Notes: generated by a model from the letters alone, not told the origin. DNA of 64,000 bases from Flavobacteriaceae bacterium (GCA_049596455.1 JBMYLP010000004.1:56644-120643); one strand, 5' to 3'; shown: positions 39,745 to 50,766, counted from the stretch's first letter. Numbers and translations are program-made.

Positions 39745-41535
39745 CTACCTATCCTCTAACGAATCTAAGACGATGTTAGCGGGTTTTACTTCGATCATTT
39801 CAAAACCCTGATGCTGAATGGTGTATGTGGCATTATTTTCATAACCGCCAGTTGGCGTGAATTTGTATTCAAATCGGTGCTGAAGTTGCTCGCCTAAACC
39901 TAAAGAAACACCTTCTGGAAGGGTGCGTTTTATGGCTATACGCAAGGCCACATCAATCATCACATCAAAACCTTTTACAGCAGTACGATTAGGGATTTTT
40001 CCAAACCTTTTTTTGTAGTTTTCATCAAACTTTATACGAATGCTATCTCGCTTTTCATGAAAATAGCTTGGATACGTAAAACGTAAATTTCCCAAATGTG
40101 CTTGAGAAACATTGGAGTCGTCATAAGTTGCTGAGCGGTAATGTGTAAACAGTTGCACTTGCCTATCGTCTCTTTGTTGGGCATTAAGCATGGAGGTCAT
40201 CCCTGTAACAAGATTTAAATCTTCGGTTTCTAAAAACACCCAATTTGGTCGGGTGGGTGTTAGGAGAGAGTCCACAATGTCTGGTTTAACATAGCCAAAT
40301 TTCTCATCTGGTCGAATAATTTCTGCTAACGGAAACTGCTCTTTTAGTTTAAACTCCGTTTTTCTATTCTTATCATCTGAAATAATCAAAATACATGGAT
40401 TATCAGTGTTGGCATACAACGAATCAATGTAAGTTGATAGCCTTTTACTTAAAGTTCTCCTACTTGGTATCGTATTAAACGTAGCTTGGGAAGGTTTAAT
40501 ATCGCGTGTTGTCAGTGGTGATACAACGGGGACATTAAAAAAAGCCATCGCTTGTGCCACACGACTCACATTGCCTGGTGTAAAAGGCCCAATTACCGCA
40601 TCAAATTGAGAAAAATTATTTTGATTAAGGATCTGCTCAACAATGTAGCGTTGATTCTCAGTATCAAAAACCGTAAGCTCAACACTCAACCCCGCTTTGT
40701 TAAGACTGTCTGCAGCGTGAAGCATACCCGCATAAAAATCTAGCGCAACCGTAGTAAGATTACGTTCCGATAATGTTTTCTTGGTTTGCATTACAGAATC
40801 CAATTCAATACGTGAAAGACGAAATGGCGCCATAAGTGCAATGCGCACTACAGGAGTTACAAAAGTACTGTCCCAAAAACTTGGTTTTGCTCCAAATTGA
40901 AGCTTTTGTTGCACCAATGTATCCGCTTGTATTTTAGGGATTTTAAGCACCATTCCCTGCTGCAAGTTAATTTCAAGAAGCTCTGGGTTCAGAGTTTCTA
41001 ATTGTGCTCTGGTCAATCCTAGTTTTTGCTCTAATCGATAATAGCCTTCTCTGGGCTGCACAGTGTAATAGCTAAATTGAGCCGCTTTTTCTTCGGCAGT
41101 TTTATGAGGGACATACAGCACAGCACCAATAGAAAGTGTATCACCCAATTGCGGATTTAGCACGCGAAGCGAATCAATCGGAATGCCGTAGGTGTATGCA
41201 ATACGCCAAAGCGTTTCTTTGGGTTTCACAACGTGTTGTCCCAATTTGGGTTCAGTCTTAATTTGAACTACTTTTTTATAACGTGGGATTTGAAGTTTAT
41301 CACGCTTGCGAATTCCTTTTTTAGCAAACGGATTGTGCGCAATAATTTGCTCGGTAGTAACATCGTACCTGTTTGCAATTGCCTCAAGGGTTTCTTTCTT
41401 TTTTACTTTATGTACAATAAAATGCGATACCTCTGCCTGCTGAGCTACGCCAACAAAACAAAAGAGTGCAAACACAAAAACGATAAAACGTTTACTCCCA
41501 CTCAATAGTTGCGGGAGGTTTAGAACTGATGTCAT
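39745..41535 (-). CDS. LysM-repeat protein with periplasmic-binding-protein-like C-terminal domain
   Basis: Has a signal peptide ([14 protein letters not shown]), three LysM-like repeats ([54 protein letters not shown]) and a PBP-like region. The start is uncertain (ATG at 41535 or TTG at 41505). Either choice overlaps the guaA 3' end. Confidence 0.65.
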   Translation of the reverse strand: MTSVLNLPQLLSGSKRFIVFVFALFCFVGVAQQAEVSHFIVHKVKKKETLEAIANRYDVTTEQIIAHNPFAKKGIRKRDKLQIPRYKKVVQIKTEPKLGQHVVKPKETLWRIAYTYGIPIDSLRVLNPQLGDTLSIGAVLYVPHKTAEEKAAQFSYYTVQPREGYYRLEQKLGLTRAQLETLNPELLEINLQQGMVLKIPKIQADTLVQQKLQFGAKPSFWDSTFVTPVVRIALMAPFRLSRIELDSVMQTKKTLSERNLTTVALDFYAGMLHAADSLNKAGLSVELTVFDTENQRYIVEQILNQNNFSQFDAVIGPFTPGNVSRVAQAMAFFNVPVVSPLTTRDIKPSQATFNTIPSRRTLSKRLSTYIDSLYANTDNPCILIISDDKNRKTEFKLKEQFPLAEIIRPDEKFGYVKPDIVDSLLTPTRPNWVFLETEDLNLVTGMTSMLNAQQRDDRQVQLFTHYRSATYDDSNVSQAHLGNLRFTYPSYFHEKRDSIRIKFDENYKKRFGKIPNRTAVKGFDVMIDVALRIAIKRTLPEGVSLGLGEQLQHRFEYKFTPTGGYENNATYTIQHQGFEMIEVKPANIVLDSLEDR

Positions 41536-43018
41536 AGACCACACGGTTAATTCCTGGAACACGATTAATGATTTGGTTTGAAATTTCTTGTAAAAATTCA
41601 TAGGGCAAATGTACCCAATCTGCCGTCATTCCGTCTGTTGATGTTACTGCACGAAGCGCAACACACTTCTCATAAGTGCGTTCATCGCCCATAACCCCAA
41701 CTGATTGCACCGGCAATAGCATTACGCCAGCTTGCCACACATCGTCATACAGGCCATGATCGCGTAATCCTTGTATAAAAATGGCATCCGCCTCTTGAAG
41801 CATTGCCACTTTTTCTTTTGTGATATCGCCCAAAATACGAATAGCAAGACCTGGTCCTGGGAAGGGATGACGGCCTAAAATCCCAGCAGACATGTTTAGG
41901 CTTGCGCCTACCCTGCGCACCTCATCTTTGAACAGCATATTTAGAGGTTCTACCACTTTTAATTTCATAAAATCGGGAAGTCCACCCACATTATGATGTG
42001 ACTTAATCGTTGCCGAAGGACCATTCACCGAAACCGATTCAATTACATCGGGGTAAATCGTTCCTTGTGCAAGCCATTTGGCGCCTTCTACTTTGTGTGC
42101 TTCCTCATCAAACACTTCTACAAAAACCCGACCAATAATTTTGCGCTTTGTTTCGGGATCACTTACCCCCGTCAATTCACTCAAAAATTGCTCGGTAGCA
42201 TCTACGCCCTTTACATTAAGTCCCATGTGCTCGTATTGCGCAAGTACATCGGAATATTCATTTTTGCGCAACAGTCCATTATTCACAAAAATGCAGTGCA
42301 AGTTTGGACCAATAGCTTTATGCAATAAAATGGCAGCTACAGAAGAATCAACACCGCCGCTAAGTCCTAAAATCACTTTGTCGTTGCCCAACTGCGCTTT
42401 AAGTCGTGCAACGGTAGTATCCACAAAAGCATCCGATGTCCAATCAGGGGTAATTCCTGCGATATCTACTAAAAAGTTTTGTAGCAACTGTTTCCCATCA
42501 GTGGAATGATATACTTCGGGGTGAAACTGAATGCCATAAGTCATGCTATCATCCATCACATAAGCAGCATTGGCAACGTCTTTAGTTGATGCCAATTGTG
42601 TTGCATTTTCTGGCAATTTTTTAATGGTATCGCTATGACTCATCCACACTTGCGATTGCAGTGGAATATCTTTTAAAAACGGATGCTTTTCGACTTTTGC
42701 CAAGCGTGCGCGTCCATATTCTCTAGTATTGGAAGGGGCAACTTCACCCCCATTAAAATGCGCTAAATACTGTGCACCATAGCAAACCCCAAGCAAGGGC
42801 ACTTTGTTCCGAATGGCACTTAAATCTGGGTGTGGGGCGTCGTTGGAGCGTACCGAAAACGGAGACCCCGAAAGGATAACTGCCTTAAAGGTTGAAACAT
42901 CATCTGGAATATTGTGAAAAGGGTGTATTTCACAAAAAATGGAGAGCTCTCGAACACGGCGCGCAATGAGTTGTGTGTATTGCGAACCAAAATCAAGAAT
43001 AAGTACTTTGTTATGCAT
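41492..43018 (-). CDS. guaA: glutamine-hydrolysing GMP synthase
   Basis: Has a GATase domain, the [12 protein letters not shown]-loop and the C-terminal PPATIEWE. The first ATG is at 43018. Confidence 0.96.
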   Translation of the reverse strand: MHNKVLILDFGSQYTQLIARRVRELSIFCEIHPFHNIPDDVSTFKAVILSGSPFSVRSNDAPHPDLSAIRNKVPLLGVCYGAQYLAHFNGGEVAPSNTREYGRARLAKVEKHPFLKDIPLQSQVWMSHSDTIKKLPENATQLASTKDVANAAYVMDDSMTYGIQFHPEVYHSTDGKQLLQNFLVDIAGITPDWTSDAFVDTTVARLKAQLGNDKVILGLSGGVDSSVAAILLHKAIGPNLHCIFVNNGLLRKNEYSDVLAQYEHMGLNVKGVDATEQFLSELTGVSDPETKRKIIGRVFVEVFDEEAHKVEGAKWLAQGTIYPDVIESVSVNGPSATIKSHHNVGGLPDFMKLKVVEPLNMLFKDEVRRVGASLNMSAGILGRHPFPGPGLAIRILGDITKEKVAMLQEADAIFIQGLRDHGLYDDVWQAGVMLLPVQSVGVMGDERTYEKCVALRAVTSTDGMTADWVHLPYEFLQEISNQIINRVPGINRVVYDISSKPPATIEWE

Positions 43019-43021
43019 ATG

Positions 43022-43029
43022 CAAAAATA
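43022..43029 (-). promoter_or_regulatory. -7 box TATTTTTG, 3 nt upstream of the guaA ATG
   Basis: Exact TAnnTTTG match. Confidence 0.4.
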
Positions 43030-43146
43030 CAATTAAACTTTATTGGTGATTATTGCTTTAGCATTAGTTTTTAACAGTAAATATGTTAAAAATTGTAGCG
43101 CGAATCCATTTTTTTAAACCGTTAAAACTACTGTGAAATAACAGCT

Positions 43147-44751
43147 TTAATACTGCACAACATGCAACCCATTAGCAGTTGTCTTAAGCACGTTTTTTAA
43201 GTCATCCGTAAACTTCTCAACGGCTTTATCTGTCAAAACGGAAGAAAAATGCGCTATCCGTTCTTGCAATTTATCGTTAGGGAACAGTGCATTTCGGATA
43301 TCAGTAACTCGGATGATTTCATCTTGAAGTTTGATACGCTGCGCCTTAAGCAAGCGTTTTTCCAGTTTGTCTAATCCTTTGAGTTGCTTTTTTTCTTGCG
43401 CATTAACAGCACCTAAAAAAGAAGCGTCGGTTTGTTTGGCCAGTGCTTTTAAATCTTCAAATTGGCGCAGCAACTCATTTCGTTGTGTAGAAAAATCAAT
43501 ATCGATATCACTAATTTGGCGCACTCGTTTGTTAATAAATGACGCTTTTGGCAAAAACAAATCTTGAAGTGGAAGCTTTAGTTTCGTGCATTTTTTCACT
43601 TGCTTTTCGGACATCAACAGCAAACTAGATCGGAGTTGCAAAAGCGGATACGGCACATCAAAAGCCTCAAAAGCAGCTTTTAACTGCAACCAATACGCCA
43701 ATTCGCCTCCACCGCCAACATAAGCTATGTTTGGCAAAACACATTCTTGATACAACGGACGCATTAGCGCATTGGGCGAAAAACGTTCAGGATGGTTGTG
43801 TATTTCAGCTTCTAAAGCAGATATATCCCAATTGTATTCCTCCTCTGCTGTCGTGTAGTTTTTACCCTTTTTTACGATGCGTGTTCGTTTATCATCAAGG
43901 AGATAGAATAAATTGATTTCTCTGGGGTTTACCTGTGGCTTGTAGTTAGGTATTGCTTTTGACAAAGCTGTATCGGTTTTCACAACCGATTTATGTATTG
44001 ATTGTTCCCAGAGTTCTTTAGTTATAATGGGCGAAAAAAGTGATTTTAGTGCATGATCATCTCCGTCAACAACAATCAATCCATATTTTCCAAAAAGCTG
44101 ATGCACCAGCTTTCGAGTGGCATTGGCCAAATTATCTTCTTGTAAATAACAATCGGCAAATAATTTTAACAGCTCTTTTCCATGCGGATTTTTGCTCCAA
44201 TACGGCTCCAATTGACTGTATAATTCATGTAAATTTTCGGTGCGCATTCGTCCCACAGGACCTCCCGATTGGGTATCCCAGCGTACTTTTTGCTCACCCA
44301 AAAAGAAGTGATTGATTTCCTCAAAATCATGATCTTCAGATGCCATCCAAAAAACTGGAACATAATGATGCGAACTGTCTGCCTTTTGCAACCGTTCAGC
44401 GGTATTTATAACATCCAAAATCTTATACCAAAAAAACAAAGGTCCGGTGAAGATATTCAATTGATGCCCGGTGGTTATCGTAACCGTATTGGGCTTTTTT
44501 AAGAGGTTTAAGTTAGTTGTAACTTTCTCTTTTTGTGCAAGATACTGATATTGGTTTTGTATAGCATCAACCAATATTTTTCGGTTTTCTTTAGGAAAAG
44601 AAACTACTCTGTTTTGCGCTATTTGTTGGACTTCCGAAGTGGATACCAGTCCGTTGTGAAAAGGCAGCAATGCCTTATCTGATTGCAACAAACGTTGCAT
44701 TAAGGGCGAATAAACGCCCGACGGATATCCTGAAGATGTTATTGACTTCAC
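43147..44751 (-). CDS. bshC: bacillithiol biosynthesis cysteine-adding enzyme BshC
   Basis: 534 aa with the FWMASEDHDFEEINHF motif and a coiled-coil C-terminus. GTG start with a TACTTTTG box 4 nt upstream. Confidence 0.8.
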   Translation of the reverse strand: MKSITSSGYPSGVYSPLMQRLLQSDKALLPFHNGLVSTSEVQQIAQNRVVSFPKENRKILVDAIQNQYQYLAQKEKVTTNLNLLKKPNTVTITTGHQLNIFTGPLFFWYKILDVINTAERLQKADSSHHYVPVFWMASEDHDFEEINHFFLGEQKVRWDTQSGGPVGRMRTENLHELYSQLEPYWSKNPHGKELLKLFADCYLQEDNLANATRKLVHQLFGKYGLIVVDGDDHALKSLFSPIITKELWEQSIHKSVVKTDTALSKAIPNYKPQVNPREINLFYLLDDKRTRIVKKGKNYTTAEEEYNWDISALEAEIHNHPERFSPNALMRPLYQECVLPNIAYVGGGGELAYWLQLKAAFEAFDVPYPLLQLRSSLLLMSEKQVKKCTKLKLPLQDLFLPKASFINKRVRQISDIDIDFSTQRNELLRQFEDLKALAKQTDASFLGAVNAQEKKQLKGLDKLEKRLLKAQRIKLQDEIIRVTDIRNALFPNDKLQERIAHFSSVLTDKAVEKFTDDLKNVLKTTANGLHVVQY

Positions 44752-44755
44752 GAGA

Positions 44756-44763
44756 CAAAAGTA
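44756..44763 (-). promoter_or_regulatory. -7 box TACTTTTG, 4 nt upstream of the bshC GTG
   Basis: Exact TAnnTTTG match. Confidence 0.4.
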
Positions 44764-44787
44764 ATTAAAGTATGAAATTGACGCATT

Positions 44788-46104
44788 TTAGGTCAATCCT
44801 ACGCTAGCAGGAACCGCCTGTAAATCAAAATCCTGAGCAGCGGTAATCGTTAAATTGGCAAAATCGCCAACCTTAAGGTAGTGCTGTTGTGCATCTACCC
44901 AAACTTCGTTATCCACATCTGGGGAATCAAATTCGGTGCGTCCAACAAAAAAGTTCCCTTCTTTTCTATCGATAACGCATTTTAACGTTTTTCCTATCAA
45001 TGCTTGATTTTTTTCCCAAGAAATTTGGGCTTGTAGCTCCATGAGTTCATTTACTCTAGCCTGTTTTACTTCGGCGGGAACATTGTCTTCTAGAGCATGT
45101 GCGTGTGTATTTTCCTCGTGGCTATACTGAAAGCACCCTAATCGCTCAAAACGCATTTCTTTTACCCAAGATTTTAGCAATTCGAAGTCCGCTTCAGTCT
45201 CACCGGGATACCCCAAAATAAGGGATGTTCGAATTGCCATTTCTGGAACAGCATTTCTAAATTTTTTGAGCAAGGTCGTGGTTTTTTCTTGCGTAGTTCC
45301 ACGCCGCATAGAGCGTAAAATAGGGTCTGAAATATGTTGTAGAGGAATATCGATATACGAACACACTTTTGGTTCCGATGCAATTACTTCCAATACATCT
45401 TCTGGAAAGCCGGTTGGAAAGGCGTAATGCAAACGAATCCAAACAATACCCTCCACCTGCGCAAGTGCTTTGAGCAAATCTGCTAATCGTCGTTTTTTGT
45501 ACAAGTCCAAGCCGTAATATGTAGAGTCTTGTGCAATGATAATCAGTTCTTTTACGCCGTTTTTGGCAAGCCCGTTGGCTTCCTCAACCAAGTCCTCGAT
45601 GGGTTTTGAGCGATGTGCCCCGCGCATAAGCGGAATGGCGCAAAATGAACACGGTCGGTCGCATCCTTCCGAAATTTTTAGATATGCATAGTTTTTGGGT
45701 GTAGTCGTAAGGCGTTCGCCAAGTAGCTCATGACGGTAGTCTGCGCCTAAGGCTTTGAGTAAGAGCGGTAAATCTGTTGTGCCAAAATAATCGTCCACAT
45801 TTGGGATTTCGGCTTCTAACTCGGGTTTATAGCGCTCACTTAAACAACCGGTTACAAATAATTTATCGATGAGTCCCTGTTCTTTTTGTTCTGCAAAATT
45901 TAATATCGTATTTACCGATTCCTCCTTGGCATTATCAATAAAACCACAGGTATTCACCACGACGATATTGCCTTGCTGTTCATGAACCACCTCTTTGTTA
46001 CTGGCTTTCAACTGCCCCATCAGCACTTCAGAGTCGTAAATGTTTTTGGAACACCCAAGTGTAACTACGTTGATTTTATTCTTTTTCGCGGACTTTGTTC
46101 GCAT
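44788..46104 (-). CDS. rimO: ribosomal protein S12 methylthiotransferase RimO
   Basis: Has a UPF0004 N-terminal domain (VVTLGCSKN), the radical-SAM motif CDRPCSFCAIP and a TRAM C-terminus. Confidence 0.92.
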   Translation of the reverse strand: MRTKSAKKNKINVVTLGCSKNIYDSEVLMGQLKASNKEVVHEQQGNIVVVNTCGFIDNAKEESVNTILNFAEQKEQGLIDKLFVTGCLSERYKPELEAEIPNVDDYFGTTDLPLLLKALGADYRHELLGERLTTTPKNYAYLKISEGCDRPCSFCAIPLMRGAHRSKPIEDLVEEANGLAKNGVKELIIIAQDSTYYGLDLYKKRRLADLLKALAQVEGIVWIRLHYAFPTGFPEDVLEVIASEPKVCSYIDIPLQHISDPILRSMRRGTTQEKTTTLLKKFRNAVPEMAIRTSLILGYPGETEADFELLKSWVKEMRFERLGCFQYSHEENTHAHALEDNVPAEVKQARVNELMELQAQISWEKNQALIGKTLKCVIDRKEGNFFVGRTEFDSPDVDNEVWVDAQQHYLKVGDFANLTITAAQDFDLQAVPASVGLT

Positions 46105-46106
46105 AG

Positions 46107-47747
46107 TTAATTGTACCCTTTTGGAGGTTTACGATGTTTGGTAATTTGCTCATAAGCCGCAGCCATAGACAATAGTTTTGCTTCGTTAAAGCTAGGCGCA
46201 ATAAACGTTAATCCCGCAGGCTCTCCTGACGTGTAGCCCATCGGAACCGCTAGGCAGGGATAGAAAGCAATAGCAGCATATGGTGCATGATTGTAATTTA
46301 TGGATAAGACTGCATCTAATTTATGTGCTTTAATGGGCGCTTCAAAAAAGTTAGAGGCGCTTTTATTTAAGCGGTTTTTAACTTGATTTAAAGCCTCTTT
46401 GGACTGGGTATCTGATTGAACTCCATCTAATCTTTCTTGACTGTAGGGCATATACAAAAGGCTGTCCGATGAATTAAAATCAATGATTTGCTTTACATCC
46501 AAATTTGCATGCTTAGTATTCGAATTGGATGTAAAATACGCTGGTATATCACGTTTCATGTCCCCATCTAGAATTTTCATAAATCCTGAAAGACTAACGT
46601 TCTCTGCATTTATTTTAACAATTACAGCGCCTGCTTTTTCAAGGTCAGCAATAGCATTGCTATACAACGAATCTGAATTGACTAAAGATTCAAATGCGCC
46701 CAATCGAATACCTTTTAATGCTGTTTGTGTTGTGGCTCCCATAAATGCATCTAGCCTTGAAACTGAAAGCGTAATGGAATCTTTTTCATCTGGTCCTGCT
46801 ATAGCGTCTAATAATATCGCGTTGTCCGTTACGTTTTTTGTCATGGGACCGGAGGTATCTAAGGTACTAGAAATAGGAACAATACCTGTTCGGCTAACCA
46901 ACCCAATGGTTGGCTTAAGCCCAACCACAGCATTTTTACCCGACGGAGATAATATTGAACCCGAAGTTTCAGAGCCCAAGGCGGCTACGGCATAATTTGC
47001 AGCAACTGCTACCCCACTGCCTGAACTAGAACCACCTGACTCAAAAATTTTTCTTCCATAAGGATTTAGCGTTTGCCCGCCAATAGCACTATATCCCAAC
47101 GGACAGCCTTCGCAAAAATAATACGCCCATTCGCTTAAGTTTACTTTTCCAAGGATTAAAGCTCCTTTTTCCTTGAGTTGACCTACCACAAAAGCGTCTT
47201 TTTCAGGGGTATGGTTTTCCAAAATTGCAGCACCTGCCGTAGTAGGCATATTGGAGGTATTAATATTGTCTTTCAAAAGTATGGGCATACCATAAATAGG
47301 GTGTGTTGCACTATCCCTTTCTTTATCTTTAATTCTTGCCTCTTCAATAATATCAGGGTTTAAGGCGAGAATAGCATGAAGTGTCGTTTCAGGGTTAGAT
47401 TCAAAAAGACGGATCCTATACAAATAAAAAGTAACCAATTCTTCATAAGACAACTTTCCAGTAGAAACATGGCTTTGAATAGTGGGTATATCTTGTTCAA
47501 GAATAAAGGGTTTTAACGCTTCGTATTTTTGTTCTCCAAACCTATCCAGTTCTTTCTCGAAAGGAGACCAAAGAGCGTTTTTATCTAAAAATTTAGACTG
47601 AATCAACTTATAGCGCATTCTAGGATTTTCGTGGTCTGCGTTTTGATTGATTTCCTCAGTTTCATCATAGGACTGCCAATACAGTTTAGAGGGCTGTGAA
47701 CATGATGCCAACATAAATAATGAAAGTAATAATGCTAATCTTTTCAT
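46107..47747 (-). CDS. amidase-signature family lipoprotein
   Basis: Has the lipobox LFMLASCSQ and the amidase-signature Gly/Ser-rich region GGSSSGSGVAVAA. Confidence 0.8.
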   Translation of the reverse strand: MKRLALLLSLFMLASCSQPSKLYWQSYDETEEINQNADHENPRMRYKLIQSKFLDKNALWSPFEKELDRFGEQKYEALKPFILEQDIPTIQSHVSTGKLSYEELVTFYLYRIRLFESNPETTLHAILALNPDIIEEARIKDKERDSATHPIYGMPILLKDNINTSNMPTTAGAAILENHTPEKDAFVVGQLKEKGALILGKVNLSEWAYYFCEGCPLGYSAIGGQTLNPYGRKIFESGGSSSGSGVAVAANYAVAALGSETSGSILSPSGKNAVVGLKPTIGLVSRTGIVPISSTLDTSGPMTKNVTDNAILLDAIAGPDEKDSITLSVSRLDAFMGATTQTALKGIRLGAFESLVNSDSLYSNAIADLEKAGAVIVKINAENVSLSGFMKILDGDMKRDIPAYFTSNSNTKHANLDVKQIIDFNSSDSLLYMPYSQERLDGVQSDTQSKEALNQVKNRLNKSASNFFEAPIKAHKLDAVLSINYNHAPYAAIAFYPCLAVPMGYTSGEPAGLTFIAPSFNEAKLLSMAAAYEQITKHRKPPKGYN

Positions 47748-47749
47748 AA

Positions 47750-48679
47750 TTAATCGTTTACGAACAACGAATCTAAGAATTCTTTTGCATCAAAAGGCAA
47801 TAAATCCTCAACACCTTCTCCTACACCAATATATTGTATAGGAACTTCTAACTCGTCTGAAATTCCAATGACCACTCCTCCTTTGGCGGTGCCGTCAAGT
47901 TTGGTCAAAATAAGTCCAGAAACAGCAGTTGCTTCAGCAAATTGCTTTGCCTGAGCAAAGGCGTTTTGTCCTGTTCCTCCATCTAAAACAAGTAGTACTT
48001 CATGAGGTGCTTCGGGAATTATTTTTTGCACAACACGTTGAATTTTCGCCAATTCCTGCATAAGGTTGGTGTTGTTATGTAAACGCCCTGCGGTGTCTAT
48101 TAGTAGCACATCCATTTGTTCTTTTTTAGCACGCTCTACTGCAGTATAGGCTACCGATGCGGGGTCGCTGCCTTCTTGGAGCTCTACAAGTGGCACATCT
48201 ACACGTTCAGACCACAAGCGCAATTGCGCTACGGCACCTGCTCTAAAAGTGTCAGCAGCAGCCAACATGACGCTTTTTCCTTCACTTTTGTATCGATGCG
48301 CCAGTTTGCCAATGGAAGTCGTTTTTCCTGCGCCATTTACGCCTACCACCAATATGACTTGAAGTTCGTCAGTACTTATATTTTGTGAAGATTGAGTTGC
48401 TGTTAATAGCGTTACCATCTCATCATACAAGAGCTTGTCTAATTCGGATACATTGAGGTATTTTTCTTTTGAGACACGTTTCTCAAGTTGATCCATGATT
48501 TTTTGGGTGGTAGATACGCCTACATCCGACATCAACAGCACCTCTTCTAATTCCTCCAAAAGGTCTGCATCAACGCTACTGCGTCCAAGCACCGCCTTTT
48601 TTAAGCGTTGCGTCCAAGCGCGCTTCGTGGCAGCTAACCCTGTCTGTAGTTGGTCCGAAGATTTACTAAAGAATCCCAT
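47750..48679 (-). CDS. ftsY: signal recognition particle-docking protein FtsY
   Basis: Contains GVNGAGKTTSIGK, DTAGR and TKLDG. Confidence 0.95.
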   Translation of the reverse strand: MGFFSKSSDQLQTGLAATKRAWTQRLKKAVLGRSSVDADLLEELEEVLLMSDVGVSTTQKIMDQLEKRVSKEKYLNVSELDKLLYDEMVTLLTATQSSQNISTDELQVILVVGVNGAGKTTSIGKLAHRYKSEGKSVMLAAADTFRAGAVAQLRLWSERVDVPLVELQEGSDPASVAYTAVERAKKEQMDVLLIDTAGRLHNNTNLMQELAKIQRVVQKIIPEAPHEVLLVLDGGTGQNAFAQAKQFAEATAVSGLILTKLDGTAKGGVVIGISDELEVPIQYIGVGEGVEDLLPFDAKEFLDSLFVND

Positions 48680-48701
48680 GTGCTAAAGGTACGTTTTGGA
48701 T

Positions 48702-48729
48702 ATAAAAAAAGCCACAAAAAGTGGCTTTT
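48702..48729 (-). terminator. rho-independent terminator after the rpmB-rpmG-DUF4295 unit
   Basis: On the minus strand: AAAAGCCAC-UUUUU-GUGGCUUUU, a 9-bp stem followed by further U residues. Confidence 0.7.
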
Positions 48730-48751
48730 ATGTCGTTAAATATGGATTGAA

Positions 48752-48904
48752 TTACTTTTTCGCTAACCAATCGTTCACCAATTCTGGTGCTAAAATGGTT
48801 TCCACAAAAGTATATGCGCCCGACTTGTCGCTACGCACCATCTTGATGGCTTTGGTAAGACGCTTTGATTTCGTTTGTAAGGTTGCTACGGTTTTCTTTG
48901 CCAT
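48752..48904 (-). CDS. DUF4295 family small protein (50 aa)
   Basis: Below the ORF-track cutoff. My translation gives MAKKTVATLQTKSKRLTKAIKMVRSDKSGAYTFVETILAPELVNDWLAKK. It sits in the position typical for Flavobacteriia, after rpmG. Confidence 0.8.
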   Translation of the reverse strand: MAKKTVATLQTKSKRLTKAIKMVRSDKSGAYTFVETILAPELVNDWLAKK

Positions 48905-48906
48905 AA

Positions 48907-49089
48907 TTACTTAATTTCTTTGTGAACCGTCATTCGCTTAAGAATCGGGTTAAATTTTTTGATTTCAATACGATCTGGCGTATTCTTTTTGTTTTTCGTC
49001 GTGATATAGCGCGACGTTCCTGCAAGACCAGAGTCTTTATGCTCGGTGCATTCCAAAATAACCTGAACGCGATTTCCTTTTTTAGCCAT
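48907..49089 (-). CDS. rpmG: 50S ribosomal protein L33
   Basis: 60 aa, [18 protein letters not shown]... Confidence 0.95.
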   Translation of the reverse strand: MAKKGNRVQVILECTEHKDSGLAGTSRYITTKNKKNTPDRIEIKKFNPILKRMTVHKEIK

Positions 49090-49097
49090 GACGTGCC

Positions 49098-49334
49098 TTA
49101 TTTAATTAGGCCTTGCGCGCGTGCTTCTTTAAGCACCGCTGAAAGCCCTTTTTTGTTAATCGTTTTTAACGCCGAAGTCGATAGTTTTAGGGTAATCCAT
49201 TTGTCTTCCTCTACAAGATAGAAACGCTTCTTGATAAGGTTTGCGCCAAACTTGCGCTTTGTTTTGTTCATGGCATGCGATACGTTGTTCCCAACCATCG
49301 CTTTTTTGCCCGTTAATTCACATACTTTCGACAT
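49098..49334 (-). CDS. rpmB: 50S ribosomal protein L28
   Basis: Reads [29 protein letters not shown]... The ATG at 49334 is preceded by AAGGAG. The longer track ORF is an overextension. Confidence 0.93.
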   Translation of the reverse strand: MSKVCELTGKKAMVGNNVSHAMNKTKRKFGANLIKKRFYLVEEDKWITLKLSTSALKTINKKGLSAVLKEARAQGLIK

Positions 49335-49355
49335 GACTCCTTTTTTAACAGGCTG

Positions 49356-49385
49356 CAAATTTAATCTTTTTAAGGGAGTTACAAA
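49356..49385 (-). promoter_or_regulatory. Bacteroidetes sigmaA-type promoter of rpmB (TTTG-N18-TAAATTTG)
   Basis: The -7 box TAAATTTG is at 49363-49356 and the -33 TTTG at 49385-49382. A 21-nt leader with AAGGAG precedes the ATG. Confidence 0.55.
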
Positions 49386-49524
49386 GAATATTTGTAAATT
49401 TATTGTATCAAATCTTAACCTGCTATCAAGTTTCAACCAAAAACTCGAAAAAGAATGCTAATGGATGTTAGTTAAAAGGGAAATGGAGGTAAAACTATTA
49501 ACTATTAACTTCTTTACTAATAAC

Positions 49525-50766
49525 TTAATCAAGCGTCTTAAGCAACATCTCCAATGCTTTATTCAATGTTTTTTGGAGGTTTCGCTCACGGTGTTTGCCA
49601 AAACAAAAGGTTTCTGCAAATTCCTGTTCTGGGGTAATAATCGCAATACAAACGGTGCCAATTTCGGCATCGGCATCGCCTTTGGTTGGTCCAAAATTTC
49701 CTGTAGTAGCTACGGCAACATCTGCCCCTGTTTTGAGCAAAACTCCCCTCGCCATGGCTAACGCAACAGGCTCGCTTACAACAGTATGCTGTGCAATAGT
49801 TTCTGCTGAAACACCCAAAATGGACTGTTTTAAATCCGTAGCATAACTTACCACCGAGCCCTTAAAATAAGCGGACGCACCTGCGTTTTTGGTAAACAAG
49901 GCTGCCAAAGCGCCACCTGTGCAGCTTTCAGCGGTAGCAAGCGTCCAATTTTTTGTTTTTAGGGCATTGCCAATTTGTAGTTCTATGGATTCTTCAGACT
50001 CAAATCCCGTAATATGATCACCGATAAGTGGGTAAAGCGCATCAAAAAAAGTATCTATTTCGTTGAGCAATTTGATTTCATCCGTTCCTTTAGCGGACAA
50101 GCGTAAGCGAACACGCCCTAAATTGGGCAAATACGCCAATTTGATATGCGGTGGAAGTGACTGCTCCCAATCGGCAATTTTTTCAGCAATAATACTTTCC
50201 CCCAATCCGTAAGTCATCATGGTTTTATGCGCCAACGCAGGGAGCGAAAAGGTTTCTTTTATGCGTGGAATAAGCTGTTCACGCACCAAATATCTCATTT
50301 CAAAGGGCACTCCTGGAAGCGATACAAAAACGGTGTTTTCCTTTTGCATCCACATGCCCATGGCAGTGCCATGGGGGTTGAATAGTTGCGTACATTTAGA
50401 GGGCAACATGGCTTGTGCTCTGTTTAAATCATTGACAGGTGCCTTCACATACTTTTGAAATAATTCTTCAATATGCGCCATCACTTCGGGATAAAAAATC
50501 AAAGTGTCATTAAAATATTCGCATAATGTATGTTTGGTGATATCGTCTTTGGTAGGTCCTAAACCACCTGTCATGACCACCAAGTCCACATTGTTTTGCG
50601 CTTCAGTAAACGCCTCAATTATAGCCGTTTTATTATCAGAGATAGAACGAATTTGGCGTACTTCAACGCCAATTTTGTTAAGCGCTTTGCCAAGAAAAGC
50701 AGCATTAGTGTCCACAATTTGCCCAATAAGTATCTCATCGCCAATAGTTATGATATCTGCTCGCAT
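49525..50766 (-). CDS. cinA: competence/damage-inducible protein CinA (MoCF-type domain plus NMN amidohydrolase PncC domain)
   Basis: Contains IITIGDEILIGQIVDTN, the TGGLGPT.DD motif and a C-terminal ESCTGG. Confidence 0.9.
   Translation of the reverse strand: MRADIITIGDEILIGQIVDTNAAFLGKALNKIGVEVRQIRSISDNKTAIIEAFTEAQNNVDLVVMTGGLGPTKDDITKHTLCEYFNDTLIFYPEVMAHIEELFQKYVKAPVNDLNRAQAMLPSKCTQLFNPHGTAMGMWMQKENTVFVSLPGVPFEMRYLVREQLIPRIKETFSLPALAHKTMMTYGLGESIIAEKIADWEQSLPPHIKLAYLPNLGRVRLRLSAKGTDEIKLLNEIDTFFDALYPLIGDHITGFESEESIELQIGNALKTKNWTLATAESCTGGALAALFTKNAGASAYFKGSVVSYATDLKQSILGVSAETIAQHTVVSEPVALAMARGVLLKTGADVAVATTGNFGPTKGDADAEIGTVCIAIITPEQEFAETFCFGKHRERNLQKTLNKALEMLLKTLD

Noticed and set aside
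43019-43146. Possible purine riboswitch upstream of guaA, and similarly a lysine riboswitch upstream of lysA or a preQ1 riboswitch upstream of queD.
   Set aside because: The spacers lack the conserved cores of these riboswitches as I remember them. Promoter boxes sit only 3-15 nt from the start codons, leaving no room for an aptamer.
46483-46995. 170-aa plus-strand ORF inside the amidase gene. Similar long antisense ORFs occur at 42078-42509 (guaA), 36261-36629 (yidC), 5867-6208 (purA) and 52362-52664 (E2).
   Set aside because: All lie fully antisense to strongly recognisable genes. They have Ser/Ala/Pro-rich shadow-frame composition, no promoter box and no recognisable motifs. They are typical antisense-frame artefacts.
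49386-49524. Unassigned 139 nt between the cinA stop and the rpmB promoter. It contains a TTAATAGT direct repeat and a UCGAGUUU/AAACUUGA hairpin.
   Set aside because: The hairpin has no trailing U-run, the repeat is short and AT-rich, and nothing resembles a known RNA. The support is insufficient to call a feature.
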